Below are positions 1-13,158 of a DNA stretch of 64,000 nucleotides, in pieces. Source of the DNA: an uncultured Gemmatimonadales bacterium (GTDB lineage: Bacteria > Gemmatimonadota > Gemmatimonadetes > Longimicrobiales > RSA9); NCBI GenBank assembly GCA_963741945.1, contig CAVUKA010000001.1:544001-608000 (forward strand), written 5' to 3'. Numbering within the stretch: position 1 is the first letter of the stretch; every line of letters begins with the position of its first letter. The translations under genes were made by a program, and so were the position numbers. Under the pieces are notes generated by a model, which did not search any database, had not been told where the DNA came from, and saw only the letters and a program-made list of their open reading frames with translations.

Positions 1-168
1 CGGTTCTGGCAGGGCGCATCCTCGAAGGCCGGCGGTGCCGGCCTTGGCCTGGCCATTGCCAAAGCGGTGGTGGAAGCGCACGCGGGCACCATCGGGGTCG
101 AGACCGCGCCGGGCGAGGGCGCCTGCTTCTGGTTCGAGATCCCGCGGGCGCCCACGGGCAGCCGGTGA
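1..168 (+). CDS. Sensor histidine kinase, C-terminal HATPase_c fragment (5' truncated by window edge)
   Basis: Frame +1 reads [48 protein letters not shown], then TGA at 166-168. This contains the G2 box (GxGLGL) and the final GxG..F strand of HATPase_c. Confidence 0.9.
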   Translation, partial: RFWQGASSKAGGAGLGLAIAKAVVEAHAGTIGVETAPGEGACFWFEIPRAPTGSR

Positions 169-244
169 GCAGAGGCGAAGACGCCCCGGCGTCCCTGTCT
201 CGTTCGGCTCGAAACCGCATGGTCGGAGCGAGCGGCAGTGCCGC

Positions 245-2581
<2,337 letters not shown>

Positions 2582-2585
<4 letters not shown>

Positions 2586-3604
2586 CCGCGCCCCCAGTGC
2601 TGGAATCCCGGCAGCGCCACCGGCTTCCCCGCACCGTCCAGGAGCACCGCCTCCGGCGACTCGCCGCCCCGGGAAACGTCCCCTATGCGCGTCACCCGGA
2701 CCCCGAACTCCGCGGCGAAGGCTCCAGCCACAGCGCCCGCGGCGCCGGGCGACGCCGTGAAGCAGAGCTCGTAGTCCTCCCCGCCCGCGGCGGCGAGCCG
2801 GACGGCCTCCGCGACGCCGGCTCCGCCCACGGCCCCATCGGGCGAGGATGGCGGCGGTGCCGCGAGCGCAGGGCCGGCCACCGGCAGCTCCGCCAGGCGG
2901 ACCGTCACGCGCACCCCACTGGCCGCCGCGATATGCCCGGCATCCCCGGCCACCCCATCGGAGAGGTCCACCATGGCCGTGGGCACGCCACGCTCCGCGA
3001 GCCACAGCGCTTCGCGCGTGCGCGGGCGGGGGCGGGCGTAGGCCAGGCGCGCGGCCTCTTCCGGCTGCTCGTTCCGCAGCCATGCCGCAACGGCGGCGGC
3101 CGCCCCACCCAGCTCGCCGGTGACCCAGAGCTCATCGCCCGGGCGTGCGCCGGAGCGGAGGATGGGTCGAGGCGCTTCGCCCAGAACGATGATGTCCATG
3201 ATCAGCGGTCCCGGCGAGCGCGTGACATCGCCACCGAGAACTGCGGCGCCCGCGTCCGCGGCGGCGGCCGAGATGCCTTCCATGACCGAATCGCCCATGG
3301 CCCGCTCGTCGCCGGGGCCAAGAGCGAGAGAGGCGAGGAGCCCGATGGGCCGGGCGGCCATGGCGGCCAGGTCGCTGAGCGCGCCCGCGGCCGCGTGGTA
3401 TCCGAGGTCCTGGCCCGGGAGCCAGGCCCGCCGGAAATGGATGTCCTCGATGGACAGGTCTGCGCTCACGGCGATCCCGTCGCCCGTGACCACCGCGCAG
3501 TCGTCGCCCGGCCCCACCACCACCCCGCGGCCAGTGGCGGGCGCCCGCTCGAGGAACCGTCGGATCAGGTCGAACTCGGCACCGGGGCCGAGCCGTGTCA
3601 CCAT
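2582..3604 (-). CDS. thiL: Thiamine-phosphate kinase
   Basis: EFDLIRRF, GPGDDCA, LSDLAAMAA, GGDV, DLSDG and GGEDYELCFT motifs. Confidence 0.97.
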
Positions 3605-5139
3605 GGCGCCGGCTGATCGAAAACGACGAAGGGGAGGTCCAGCGGCGGGGCGGCGGGCCCGGGGTCGTCGAACGCGAGGTGGATGGCGTCGCACACGTCA
3701 TCGGGAACGAGGGATCGGCCCCGGGCCGCGAGCACGGCGGCGCGGCCGCCGTAGAGGAGCCCGAGCGCGGCCGCTTCCGCGGGCGTCGCGCCGCCGGCGA
3801 GGAATGCGGCGGCCTCGGCGCCCAGCTGGTCGCCCATGGCCGCAGTGGCCAGGTCGGAGGAGCCGATCGTGGAAACGAGCACGGGCCGGTCGGGTTCCGC
3901 GACCACCGACGGCGCGCCCTTGAGAAGGATGGTGACGCCCGTGGCCTGGGCAAGGAACCGGGCCTGCCCGATCGGGTCCCGGCGGATCTCCGCCACGGGG
4001 CGTCCCGTCAGCCGGCTCATCTCGCCGGGATGCGGTGTGGCGAGGATCCTGCGCCCCTGCAGCGCGCCCAGCCCGCGCTCGCGGCCCGCCAGGATCGTGA
4101 GAGCGTCGGCGTCGAGGATGCAGCCGCGGTCCCCGATGCCATCGAGCACCAGGTCCAGCAGCGCCTGCCCGTCCTCGCCGGTCCCCAGCGCGGGGCCGAT
4201 GAGCACCGCGTCGCTCTGCTCCAGCGCGCCGGCCACCGCATCCCGGTCCTCCCGGTCCACGAACAGCGTTTCGGGCGCCCGTGACTGGATGATGACGCGA
4301 TTGGCCTCCGCGGAGGCCACGCGGACGTAGCCGGCCCCCGCGCGCATGGCCGAGCGCGCCGCGATGGTGGGCGCACCCCCCATCCCCTTGCGGCCGGCCA
4401 CGATCAGCACCCGGCCCACCGAGTTCTTGTGGGCGTCCGGCGGGCGGTACGGCAGACGCGCGCGCCCCCAGTCCGGCGTGATGACGCGCGCCCCCGGCTC
4501 TTCCGGGTGGAGCGGCGGGAACCCGATCTCCACGGCCATGATGCGCCCGCAGCAGGCGCGTCCCGGCTGGAACATGGCGCCCGTCTTCGGCCACCCGAAC
4601 TGCACGGTGACGGCCGCGCGCACCACCTCTCCCGGCACCTGTCCAGTCGTGGGGTCGACGCCCGTGGGGATATCCAGCGCCACGATGTCCCGACCGCTGC
4701 CGTTCATCTGCCTGACCAGCGTGGCCGCGGGCTCACGGGGCGCGCCGGACGCGCCGGTCCCGAGAATGCCATCGAGGATCACGCCGGCGCGCGCGAGGGC
4801 GGCGGGGGCGTCGTCGATGCCGATGCGGCGGACGGCGACGCCGGCAAGGAGCCGTACGTCGGGATCGTGGGAGCCGGCCGGGATGTAGGCGACGTCGCGC
4901 CCCCACTCGCACAGGGAGCGCAGGGCGACGAGGGCATCCCCGCCGTTGTTGCCGCTCCCGACCACGGCCAGAACATTGCCGTCGGGGTAGAGGCGCTGGA
5001 CCACCTGGGCCAGGGCCCGCCCGGCGTTCTCCATGAGCGCGCGCTCGGGAATGCCGCCATCCTGGGCGCGTCGGTCCAGCGCCGCGGCTTCCTCGGCCGT
5101 GAGGAGCGGCACGTCCTCGCGTCCGTAGACGCCGATCAT
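3598..5139 (-). CDS. nnr: Bifunctional NAD(P)H-hydrate epimerase/dehydratase (NnrE-NnrD, YjeF)
   Basis: LMENAG, GSGNNGGD and DIPTG (YjeF_N domain), followed by HKNSVG, GAGYV, LDADAL, TPHPGEM and LLKG (carbohydrate kinase-like domain). Confidence 0.96.
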   Translation of the reverse strand: MIGVYGREDVPLLTAEEAAALDRRAQDGGIPERALMENAGRALAQVVQRLYPDGNVLAVVGSGNNGGDALVALRSLCEWGRDVAYIPAGSHDPDVRLLAGVAVRRIGIDDAPAALARAGVILDGILGTGASGAPREPAATLVRQMNGSGRDIVALDIPTGVDPTTGQVPGEVVRAAVTVQFGWPKTGAMFQPGRACCGRIMAVEIGFPPLHPEEPGARVITPDWGRARLPYRPPDAHKNSVGRVLIVAGRKGMGGAPTIAARSAMRAGAGYVRVASAEANRVIIQSRAPETLFVDREDRDAVAGALEQSDAVLIGPALGTGEDGQALLDLVLDGIGDRGCILDADALTILAGRERGLGALQGRRILATPHPGEMSRLTGRPVAEIRRDPIGQARFLAQATGVTILLKGAPSVVAEPDRPVLVSTIGSSDLATAAMGDQLGAEAAAFLAGGATPAEAAALGLLYGGRAAVLAARGRSLVPDDVCDAIHLAFDDPGPAAPPLDLPFVVFDQPAPW

Positions 5140-5152
5140 GATCGGGGCGGGG

Positions 5153-5353
5153 TTACTTGTAGCTCGGGCCGATGGTGCGGCCGAAGCTGATCTCGCCGTT
5201 GTCGATCCGGATGTTGAAGCCACATTCGGGGTTGGAGCAGACCCACGCCTTGTAGCGGATCGGCGCGCCATCGCGCCCGTAGTCGGACAGCGGAAGCATG
5301 CGGCCCTCCCCGCACTTCTGGCACGCCGGCCATTGCGCTTCGCTCATCATCAT
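5153..5353 (-). CDS. Small putative zinc-ribbon protein, function unknown
   Basis: 66 aa with CQKC...CSNPEC; GGAGG RBS upstream; fills the gap between two genes; high GC3. Confidence 0.75.
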   Translation of the reverse strand: MMMSEAQWPACQKCGEGRMLPLSDYGRDGAPIRYKAWVCSNPECGFNIRIDNGEISFGRTIGPSYK

Positions 5354-5395
5354 CCCCTCCCGCGTGTTTCCGTGGTTCGGCCGCGTCCGGCGGCG

Positions 5396-5779
5396 TCAGA
5401 TGTTCGCGCCCCAGGGGTAGTCGGCCTCGAACGCGTCCTCGAAGTCGTAGAGCGCCTCGAAGTCTCCGGGTGAGTCCTCGTCCTGCTTCAGCAGGATGCC
5501 CGCTTCGACCAGGGCGAACACGATCTCGCCCATGTCCGCGGTGCGCTCGATGCCCCAGTGCTGAAGGACGGTGCGGGCCATGGGCCCGTACCGATGAAGG
5601 GCCAGGTCACGCACCCCGTCGGCCAGCTCCCGCCCGCTGATGTGCCGCGGCTCGGAGAGCTGCTCGAGGACGTGATGAAGGGCTGCCAGGATGAAGAGGT
5701 AGGCCGTCTCGTGGTAGCGGGGGTGCCGCTCCCGGAGGGCGTCCAGCACTTCATCGGCGAAGACCATGCTCTCGTTCAT
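5396..5779 (-). CDS. Minf_1886 family protein
   Basis: RYHETAYLF, RHISGREL, YGPMARTVLQHWGI..TADMGEIVFALV and DF..YDF pattern typical of this uncharacterised family. Confidence 0.8.
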   Translation of the reverse strand: MNESMVFADEVLDALRERHPRYHETAYLFILAALHHVLEQLSEPRHISGRELADGVRDLALHRYGPMARTVLQHWGIERTADMGEIVFALVEAGILLKQDEDSPGDFEALYDFEDAFEADYPWGANI

Positions 5780-5858
5780 GCCACATCCCGAAAATCAAGC
5801 CACCACAGAAATGTGCGGCGGACCCTCATGACACGCAACGGATTCGCCCGCCCCCGCC

Positions 5859-7142
5859 TCACGGCAGGGGGGGCGGAACCGCGACATCGAATCTCGCTTC
5901 CCGCCATTCCGGGTAGAGCGGGTGCGCGTTCGTGAGCTCGCGGACCCCGCGCCGGACGCGCTCGCGCACGCTCTCACTCCCGGGAGCATCCAGCACATCG
6001 GCCATCCAGCCGCCGATGCGCCGCATGCCTTCCTCATCGATTCCGCGCGTGGTCAGCGCGGCCGTGCCGATGCGCACCCCCGACGTCACGAACGGGGAGC
6101 GCTTCTCGCCCGGCACCGTGTTCTTGTTCGTGGTGATGCGCGCGGCCTCGAGCGCCGCTTCCGCCTCCTTCCCCGTCAGCTCGCGGTCGCTGAGGTCGAG
6201 CAGCAGCAGGTGGTTGTCCGTGCCGCCGCTCACCAGCGTGTAGCCGCGGCCCATCAACGCCTCGCCCAGCGCCCGCGCGTTGGCCACCACCCGGGCCACG
6301 TACGCGCGGAACTCCGGCGCCGCGGCCTCGTGGAACGCCACCGCCTTGGCGGCGATAACGTGCATCAGGGGACCTCCCTGCATCCCCGGGAAGACCGTCT
6401 TGTCCAGCGCCTTCCCGTGCTCTTCCTTCGTGAGCACGAAGCCTCCGCGCGGGCCGCGCAGCGTCTTGTGGGTGGTGGACGTGACCATGTCGGCGTGGGG
6501 CACCGGGCTGGGGTGCGCCCCACCGGCGATGAGGCCGGCGATGTGCGCCATGTCCACGACCAGCGCCGCGTCCACTTCCCTCGCGATGCGGCCGAACGTC
6601 TCGAAGTCGATGGTCCGCGGGTATGCGCTGGCGCCCGCCACGATGAGACGGGGCCGGTGCTCCAGCGCCAGCTCGCGCACCTGGTCGTAGTCGATCCGCC
6701 CCGACGCCTCGTCCACGCCGTACGCCACCACGTTGTACAGCTGTCCGCTGAAGTTGACGGGCGAGCCATGGGTGAGGTGGCCCCCATGGCTCAGGTTCAT
6801 GCCCAGCAGGGTGTCGCCAGGCTTCATGAGCGTCATGTACGCCGCCATGTTCGCCTGGGACCCCGAGTGCGGCTGGACGTTCGCGTGCTCCGCGCCGAAA
6901 AGCGCCTCACACCGCTGGATGGCCAGTCTCTCGGTCTCGTCCACCACCTCGCAGCCGCCATAGTAGCGGCGACCCGGGTAGCCTTCGGCGTACTTGTTGG
7001 TCAGCACCGACCCCATCGCCTCCAGCACGGCCGGGGACGTGAAGTTCTCGCTGGCGATGAGCTCCAGCGTCTCGTCCTGACGACGCGCCTCATCCGCTAC
7101 GGTGCCGAAGATCTCCGGGTCTGCCGCTCTCAGTGCATCCAT
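5859..7142 (-). CDS. glyA: Serine hydroxymethyltransferase
   Basis: [30 protein letters not shown] and [12 protein letters not shown] (PLP lysine). Confidence 0.99.
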   Translation of the reverse strand: MDALRAADPEIFGTVADEARRQDETLELIASENFTSPAVLEAMGSVLTNKYAEGYPGRRYYGGCEVVDETERLAIQRCEALFGAEHANVQPHSGSQANMAAYMTLMKPGDTLLGMNLSHGGHLTHGSPVNFSGQLYNVVAYGVDEASGRIDYDQVRELALEHRPRLIVAGASAYPRTIDFETFGRIAREVDAALVVDMAHIAGLIAGGAHPSPVPHADMVTSTTHKTLRGPRGGFVLTKEEHGKALDKTVFPGMQGGPLMHVIAAKAVAFHEAAAPEFRAYVARVVANARALGEALMGRGYTLVSGGTDNHLLLLDLSDRELTGKEAEAALEAARITTNKNTVPGEKRSPFVTSGVRIGTAALTTRGIDEEGMRRIGGWMADVLDAPGSESVRERVRRGVRELTNAHPLYPEWREARFDVAVPPPLP

Positions 7143-7153
7143 GGAGTGCTCCG

Positions 7154-8212
7154 TTACAGCCAGGTCCGCTGGATGCCCGCCACCTGCTGGATCCGGCGCT
7201 CCGCCAGCCGGTCCGCGGCCTCGCTCGTGGGGATCCCCTCGTCCTTCGCCAGCTCGAACAGCTCCTCGAGGGTGTTGTAGATCTCCCCGGCCTTGCGACG
7301 CGACCGCTCCGCCGTCCAGCCGTTCAGCTCGCCGTAGACGTTGATCACGCCACCCGCGTTGATCACGTAGTCCGGCGCGTACAGGATGTCCTTCTCCATG
7401 AGCTGCTGCCCGTGCCGCTCCTCCGCCAGCTGGTTGTTGGCCGCGCCGGCGATGATGTCGAACTTGAACTGCGGCAGCGTCTCATCGTTGACCACGGCGC
7501 CCAGGGCGCACGGGGCGAAGACCTGCGCCCCCACGCTGTAGATCTCCTCCGAGGTCACCGCTTTCGCGCCGAACTCGTCCACCACGCGCTTGACGCGGTC
7601 GGCATCGATGTCCGTGACGACCAGCTGTGCGCCCTCGGCCGCCAGGTCCTTGCACAGGTAGTAGCCCACGTGGCCCACGCCCTGGACGGCCACGGTCACG
7701 CCCTCGAGGTCGTCCCGGCCGAACTTGACCTTGGCCGCCGCCTTGATCCCCATGTACGTGCCGTAGGCCGTGACCGGCGACGGGTCGCCGGAGCGGCCGG
7801 CCAGCCCGGTCACGTACTCGGTCTCCATGTGGACGTAGTCCATGTCCTCCACGCTGGTGCCCACATCCTCCGCCGTGATGTAGCGCCCCTTCAGGCTCTC
7901 CACGAACCGGCCGTGGGCACGGAAGATCATCTCGCGGCGCTTCATCTTCGGGTCGCCGATGATCACGGACTTCCCGCCGCCCAGGTTCAACCCCGCGGCC
8001 GCCGACTTGTAGGTCATGCCGCGCGAGAGCCGGAGCACGTCGGTGATGGCTTCCTGGTCCGTCTTGTAATTCCAGAAACGGGTGCCACCGAGCGCCGGCC
8101 CGAGCGTGGTGTTGTGAATGGCGATGATCCCCTTGTAGCCGGAGACCGGGTCGTAGCAGAACACCACCTGCTCGTGCTCGTGCGTCTTCATCTTCTCGAA
8201 AATTTCCATCAT
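7154..8212 (-). CDS. ldh: Leucine dehydrogenase (Glu/Leu/Phe/Val dehydrogenase family)
   Basis: [43 protein letters not shown] and [11 protein letters not shown]. Confidence 0.93.
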   Translation of the reverse strand: MMEIFEKMKTHEHEQVVFCYDPVSGYKGIIAIHNTTLGPALGGTRFWNYKTDQEAITDVLRLSRGMTYKSAAAGLNLGGGKSVIIGDPKMKRREMIFRAHGRFVESLKGRYITAEDVGTSVEDMDYVHMETEYVTGLAGRSGDPSPVTAYGTYMGIKAAAKVKFGRDDLEGVTVAVQGVGHVGYYLCKDLAAEGAQLVVTDIDADRVKRVVDEFGAKAVTSEEIYSVGAQVFAPCALGAVVNDETLPQFKFDIIAGAANNQLAEERHGQQLMEKDILYAPDYVINAGGVINVYGELNGWTAERSRRKAGEIYNTLEELFELAKDEGIPTSEAADRLAERRIQQVAGIQRTWL

Positions 8213-9324
8213 CTCCTCCGGTATAGCTCCCGCGCGATCACCACGCGCTGGATCTCGTTAGTGCCCTCGTAGATCTCCGTGGCCTTCGCATCCCGCATCA
8301 GCTTCTCCACGGGATAGTCCCGCATGTAGCCGTACCCGCCGAAGATCTGCACCGCCTCCGTGGCCACTGCCATGGCCGTCTCACTCGAGAACAGCTTCGC
8401 CATGGCTGACCAGCGCGTGGCCTCCTCCTGCGCGGCTCGCTCGAGCAGCGCCCTGGCGGCTTCCACGCGCGTGGACATGTCCGCCAGCTTGAACTGGATC
8501 GCCTCGAACTCGCGGAGCGGGCGGCCGAACTGCTCCCGCTCGCCGGCGTACGCCAGCGCGTGGTCCAGCCCGGCCTGTCCGATCCCCACCGCCTGAGCGG
8601 CAATGCCCAGACGACCCAGGTCCAGCCCCTCCATCGCCAGCCGGAAGCCCGCGCCCTCCTCACCCAGCAGCGCGCCCTCCGGCAGCCGGAGGTCCCGAAG
8701 CTCGACGGTGACCACCTCCACCGCCCGCAGCCCCATGGTGGTCTCCCGCTTCCCCACCTTCCAGCCTTCCGTATCCGTCGGGACGACGAACGCGCTCAGC
8801 CCGCCCGGCCCCTCGCCGCCCGTCCTCGCCACGACCACCGCGAGGCCGGCCAGACCGCCGTTCGTCACCCACTTCTTCTCTCCGTTCAGCACCCAGCCAT
8901 CGCCGTCCCGCTCGGCCCGGGCGGCGACGGCCGCAGCGTCCGAGCCCGCGTCCTCCTCCGACAGCGCGAAGCACCCCACGCGCTCGCCCGACGCCAGCGA
9001 CGGCAGCCATTCCGCTTTCTGCGCGTCCGTGCCGTGGCGCACCAGCAGCGTGACGGCGAACGCGCTGTGGATGGACAGCGTCAACCCGATGGCCGGCTCG
9101 CCCCACGACAGCGTCTCCAGCGCCGCCAGGTACGTGGGCACGTCGAACCCCATGCCCCCGTGCTCCTCCGGCGCCAGCATTCCGAAGAAGCCGAGCTCAC
9201 CGAGCTGCGTCAGCACGGCCGGGTCGAGGCGCGCCTCCCTGTCCCACGCCTCGACGTGGGGCCGGAGCTCGCTCTCGGCGAACTGCCTCGCCAGCTCCCG
9301 GATCTCGGCTGTCAGCTCGGTCAT
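8209..9324 (-). CDS. Acyl-CoA dehydrogenase (butyryl/isovaleryl-like)
   Basis: [30 protein letters not shown] and [10 protein letters not shown]. Confidence 0.95.
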   Translation of the reverse strand: MTELTAEIRELARQFAESELRPHVEAWDREARLDPAVLTQLGELGFFGMLAPEEHGGMGFDVPTYLAALETLSWGEPAIGLTLSIHSAFAVTLLVRHGTDAQKAEWLPSLASGERVGCFALSEEDAGSDAAAVAARAERDGDGWVLNGEKKWVTNGGLAGLAVVVARTGGEGPGGLSAFVVPTDTEGWKVGKRETTMGLRAVEVVTVELRDLRLPEGALLGEEGAGFRLAMEGLDLGRLGIAAQAVGIGQAGLDHALAYAGEREQFGRPLREFEAIQFKLADMSTRVEAARALLERAAQEEATRWSAMAKLFSSETAMAVATEAVQIFGGYGYMRDYPVEKLMRDAKATEIYEGTNEIQRVVIARELYRRR

Positions 9325-9383
9325 GGCTCTCTTCGCTCCCGTTTCCCTGCCCGGTCCCCGCCCCGCCCGTCCGGCCGCCTGCC

Positions 9384-10235
9384 TCAGCTGTAGCCGTAGA
9401 ACCCCCGTCCGCTCTTCCTCCCGTGCCAGCCGGCATCCACGTACTTGCGGAGCAGCGGGCAGGGGCGGTAGCGGTCATCGCCCAGGTCACGGTGCAGGAC
9501 CTCGAGGATGTTCAGGCACGTGTCCAGCCCGATGAGGTCGGCCAGCGCCAGCGGCCCCATGGGGTGGTTCATTCCCAGCTTCATGACGGTGTCGATCGCC
9601 TCGGCCTCCGCCACGCCCTCCATGAGGGCGAACACGGCCTCGTTGATCATGGGCATGAGCACCCGGTTCGATACGAAGCCGGGGAAATCGTTGACCTCCA
9701 CGGGCGTCTTCTCCAGGGCCGTGGCCAGGTCCATGACGGTCTTCGTGGTCTCGTCGCTGGTCTGCAGCCCGCGGATCACCTCCACCAGCTTCATCACCGG
9801 GACCGGGTTCATGAAGTGCATCCCGATCACGCGCTCCGGCCTGGACGTGAGCGCGGCCAGCGCGGTGATGGAGATGGACGACGTGTTGGAAGCCAGGATG
9901 CCGTCGCCCACGAGCGGGTCGAGGCGACGGAGGATGTCGCCCTTGAGCTCGAGCTTCTCGGGCACCGCCTCGACCACGAGGCCCGCGCCCTTCACGGCCT
10001 CGAGCTCGGTGGCTCCCTGAATGCGGCCCAGCGTCTCTCCGATGGCGCCTTCCTCGATCGCGCCCTTCTTCGCCTGTCGCTCCAGGTTCTTGCGGATCAT
10101 GCCCAGCGCCGCGTCCACCCGGCCCTGGTCCACCTCCAGCAGGACCACCGGATGACCGTGCTGCGCGAAGACGTGGGCGATGCCGTTGCCCATCGTCCCG
10201 CCGCCGACGACACCGACCTTATCGATCTCGGCCAT
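9384..10235 (-). CDS. hbd: 3-hydroxybutyryl-CoA dehydrogenase
   Basis: [36 protein letters not shown] and NHPMGPL. Confidence 0.95.
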   Translation of the reverse strand: MAEIDKVGVVGGGTMGNGIAHVFAQHGHPVVLLEVDQGRVDAALGMIRKNLERQAKKGAIEEGAIGETLGRIQGATELEAVKGAGLVVEAVPEKLELKGDILRRLDPLVGDGILASNTSSISITALAALTSRPERVIGMHFMNPVPVMKLVEVIRGLQTSDETTKTVMDLATALEKTPVEVNDFPGFVSNRVLMPMINEAVFALMEGVAEAEAIDTVMKLGMNHPMGPLALADLIGLDTCLNILEVLHRDLGDDRYRPCPLLRKYVDAGWHGRKSGRGFYGYS

Positions 10236-10240
10236 GGTTG

Positions 10241-11143
10241 CTACCTCCCGTTCTCAGGCACCGCGGCGCCGTCGCCGCGACGCGCGTAGACTCGCAGCAG
10301 GCCGAGGGCGAGGAGGATGGCGACGGTTGCCGCCAACCCGCCCTCCGGCCCGAACGCACCGCCCGTGAGCCACGCCGGGCCCACCGCGCGGGCGTCATAG
10401 TAGGGGGCGTCCAGCGTCGCCAGCCCGCTCACCGGCAGGTCCAGCAGCGCGGCGATCGCCCAGTTCCAGCCCAGATGGATGGCGAACGCGAGCCAGAGGC
10501 TCCCCGTCCACAACACGGCCGCGGACAGGAGCACGCCGGCAAGGAAGATGTTCACCAGCCCGAAGATGTCCACGTTCGGGTTCCCCATGTGCGCCAGCGC
10601 GAACAGCACGCTCATGACGAGCGTGGCCGGCACCGGGCCGGCACTCTCGGCCATCGTCCGCAGGGGATAGCCCCGGAACAGCGCCTCCTCGGACGCGGCC
10701 GGCAGCGCCAGCCACGCCAGCCCCACTGCCGCGGTGCCGAGCCACTCGCCCGGTGTGCCCGGCTGCGCCGTGTAGCGAAACGCCCCGGCGGCGGCGAGCA
10801 CGGCCACCACGGCGGCCAGTGGCGCCGCCCCCAGCAGGAGCCCGATGCCCAGGCGACGCGGCAGACGCTCGTCCACGGCCACCCCCAGCCACGCCCAGGG
10901 GCGACGGTCCACCCAGCGCAGGAGCGGCCACGCCGCGGCGAACGCCGCCACCAGCACCAACGCCGCCTGTGTGACGATTCCCGCCCGTACTCCGCCGGTC
11001 GACGTCACGGGCGAGACCGCCGGGAGGAACAGCGCCTCCAGGCGCACGAATGCCATGAAGAGTACCAGGAAGGCGAGGACACGCCAGGGCGTCCGCAGCA
11101 TCCCGTCCTCGACGAGCCATCGGGGCCCTTCCCCGGCCGCCAA
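10241..11143 (-). CDS. CPBP (Abi/CAAX) family intramembrane metalloprotease
   Basis: [18 protein letters not shown] and GGAFGPEG motifs; multiple TM helices. The TTG start is uncertain. Confidence 0.9.
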   Translation of the reverse strand: MAAGEGPRWLVEDGMLRTPWRVLAFLVLFMAFVRLEALFLPAVSPVTSTGGVRAGIVTQAALVLVAAFAAAWPLLRWVDRRPWAWLGVAVDERLPRRLGIGLLLGAAPLAAVVAVLAAAGAFRYTAQPGTPGEWLGTAAVGLAWLALPAASEEALFRGYPLRTMAESAGPVPATLVMSVLFALAHMGNPNVDIFGLVNIFLAGVLLSAAVLWTGSLWLAFAIHLGWNWAIAALLDLPVSGLATLDAPYYDARAVGPAWLTGGAFGPEGGLAATVAILLALGLLRVYARRGDGAAVPENGR

Positions 11144-11145
11144 CG

Positions 11146-11177
11146 AAAAACCCCCGGGTCAGAGAAGCCCGAGGGTT
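11146..11177 (-). terminator. Probable intrinsic terminator overlapping the bioY stop codon
   Basis: Minus strand reads AACCCTCGGG-cttctctga-CCCGGGGG-TTTTT: a GC stem with one G-U pair followed by a U5 tract. Confidence 0.55.
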
Positions 11178-11746
11178 CGACCGCGCGCGCGCCACGCGAT
11201 CAACCACGCGAGCGCGACCTTCGCGAGGTCGCCCAGAAGGAAGGGCGCTACGCCCACCGCAGCGGCCCGGACCGGGTCGCCGGTGAGCGCGGCGAGCTGG
11301 CCGAAGCCGCCGGCCAGCACCACCATGGATCCGGCCAGCAGCCCCGCCAGCAGCCGCACACCGCCCATCACGCTGCGGCGCGACGGCCCGGCCACGGTGC
11401 CCGCCACGAACGCGGCCACCGGGAACGCCAGCAGATAGCCGCCCGTTGGGCCCAGGAGCCACGCGGGACCCATGGCGCCAGCGGCGAAGACCGGCAGCCC
11501 GGCCATGCCGGCAGCCAGGTACGCGAGCTGGGACGCGGCGCCGAGCCTCGCCCCGAGCATGACGCCCGCCAGGACCACGAAGAGCGTCTGGAGCGTCAGC
11601 GGCACGGGGCCAATCAGCACCTCCACCTGCGCACCCAGCGCCGTGGCGAGGGCGAACGCCCCCACGGCGAGCGCGCGGCGCGCGCCCCGGCTGGAAACGA
11701 TTTCGGTGGTCGCCGCGGCCCGGACGCGCAGGATCATCTCGTTCAT
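11159..11746 (-). CDS. bioY: Biotin transporter BioY (ECF S component)
   Basis: PVPLTLQTL, YLAAGMAGLPVFA, GPTGGYLLAF and PFLLGDLAK. Confidence 0.95.
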   Translation of the reverse strand: MNEMILRVRAAATTEIVSSRGARRALAVGAFALATALGAQVEVLIGPVPLTLQTLFVVLAGVMLGARLGAASQLAYLAAGMAGLPVFAAGAMGPAWLLGPTGGYLLAFPVAAFVAGTVAGPSRRSVMGGVRLLAGLLAGSMVVLAGGFGQLAALTGDPVRAAAVGVAPFLLGDLAKVALAWLIAWRARGRTLGLL

Positions 11747-11747
11747 G

Positions 11748-12959
11748 TCAAACCCTTTCCACGGACATGGCGACGGCGTCGCCGCCGCCGAGACAGAGCG
11801 TGGCGAGGCCGGTCCCGGCGCCGCGCTGCTTCATGGCGTTCAGCAGGGTGACGAGGATCCGGGTGCCCGACGCGCCAATGGGGTGCCCCATGGCCACCGC
11901 ACCGCCGTGAACGTTCACGCGGTCCCAGTCCCAGCCCAGCTCCTTGCCGTCGGCCAGCGCCTGGACGGCGAACGCCTCGTTCGCCTCGATCAGGTCGTAG
12001 TCGCCGATGGAGCGGCCGTCCTTCTCCATGACCCGCTTCACCGCCCGGACGGGCGCGAAGAAAAGCTCCTGCGGCGTGACCGCTCCACTCGAGTACGCGT
12101 TCACCCGGGCCAGGATCTCCAGCCCGTTCGCCCGGGCGTACTCCTCGCTGGTCACCACCACGGCAGCCGCGCCGTCGTTCAGGCCGGGCGCGTTCCCCGC
12201 CGTCACCACCGGGTTCGTGATGTGCTCCGGCATGTCCCTCGTGAACGCCGGCTTCAGCTTCGCCAGCGCTTCCAGCGACGTGTCCCGCCGCGGCGACTCG
12301 TCCGCGTCCACCACCGTGGTCCCCTTCCGTCCGGCGATCTCCACGGGGACGATCTCGTCCTTGAACTTCCCCTCGTCCTGCGCGGCCACCGCCTTCTGAT
12401 GCGACTCGAGCGAGAACTCGTCCGCCTCTTCCCGCGTGATCCCCGCCTTGTCCGCCGTGTACTCCGCGTGGCCGCCCATGTGGCACTGGCCGAACGCGCA
12501 CCACAGACCGTCATAGATCAGGCCGTCCAGCAACTCCTGGTTGCCGAACTTCACGCCGCCCCGGTGACCGAACAGGTAGTACGGCGCGTTCGACATGGAC
12601 TCCATCCCGCCTGCCACCATGACGCGCGCGTCCCCGGCCTTGATCGCCTGTGCCGCCAGCATCACCGCCTGCAGCCCCGAGCCGCAGACCCGGCTCACCG
12701 CCATGGCCCCCACGCTGTCCGGCACGCCGCCCGCCAGCGCCGCCTGGCGCGCCGGCGCCTGGCCGAGCCCGGCCGAGACCACGTTCCCCAGGATCACGTC
12801 CTCGATGTCCTCGGGGTTCGCCCCCGACCGCTCCAGCGCCGCCTTGATGGCGATGCCGCCCAGGTCCGTGGCTTTCAGCGACGCGAGGCCGCCCAGGAAG
12901 CGGCCGATGGGGGTGCGAGCCCCCGAAACGAGAACGGCGGTCCGTGCTGGATCCGACAT
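11748..12959 (-). CDS. atoB: Acetyl-CoA C-acetyltransferase (thiolase)
   Basis: RTPIG, VCGSGL (catalytic Cys), GGMESMS, NEAFA, GHPIGASG and CLGGG. Confidence 0.95.
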   Translation of the reverse strand: MSDPARTAVLVSGARTPIGRFLGGLASLKATDLGGIAIKAALERSGANPEDIEDVILGNVVSAGLGQAPARQAALAGGVPDSVGAMAVSRVCGSGLQAVMLAAQAIKAGDARVMVAGGMESMSNAPYYLFGHRGGVKFGNQELLDGLIYDGLWCAFGQCHMGGHAEYTADKAGITREEADEFSLESHQKAVAAQDEGKFKDEIVPVEIAGRKGTTVVDADESPRRDTSLEALAKLKPAFTRDMPEHITNPVVTAGNAPGLNDGAAAVVVTSEEYARANGLEILARVNAYSSGAVTPQELFFAPVRAVKRVMEKDGRSIGDYDLIEANEAFAVQALADGKELGWDWDRVNVHGGAVAMGHPIGASGTRILVTLLNAMKQRGAGTGLATLCLGGGDAVAMSVERV

Positions 12960-13022
12960 CTATCCTTCTCCTGCATTCGTCGTGGGGTGGCGCCCCGCCG
13001 GGGCGGGGCCGAGAGCCGCGGT

Positions 13023-13052
13023 ATTATAGTGCTGGCGGGCGCCGCGGGCCAA
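13023..13052 (-). promoter_or_regulatory. Putative sigma70 promoter for the thiolase operon
   Basis: Perfect TATAAT on the minus strand at 13023-13028 in a very GC-rich background, with TTGGCC at 13047-13052 (18-bp spacer). The -10 lies about 65 bp upstream of the thiolase ATG. Confidence 0.6.
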
Positions 13053-13158
13053 TCAGGAAGTCCCCCGCCGCGATCGCGCCGGGGATCTCGCGATCCCCCT
13101 CCCCGCGAGGCCTGCCCGGGCCGCCGACGGCGGCGGCCGCCCCCCGCACCGGGCGTGC

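Noticed and set aside
169-244. Bidirectional terminator between the kinase and ftsB
   Set aside because: Only short GC hairpins (GACGCC/GGCGTC) without a U tract; insufficient support.
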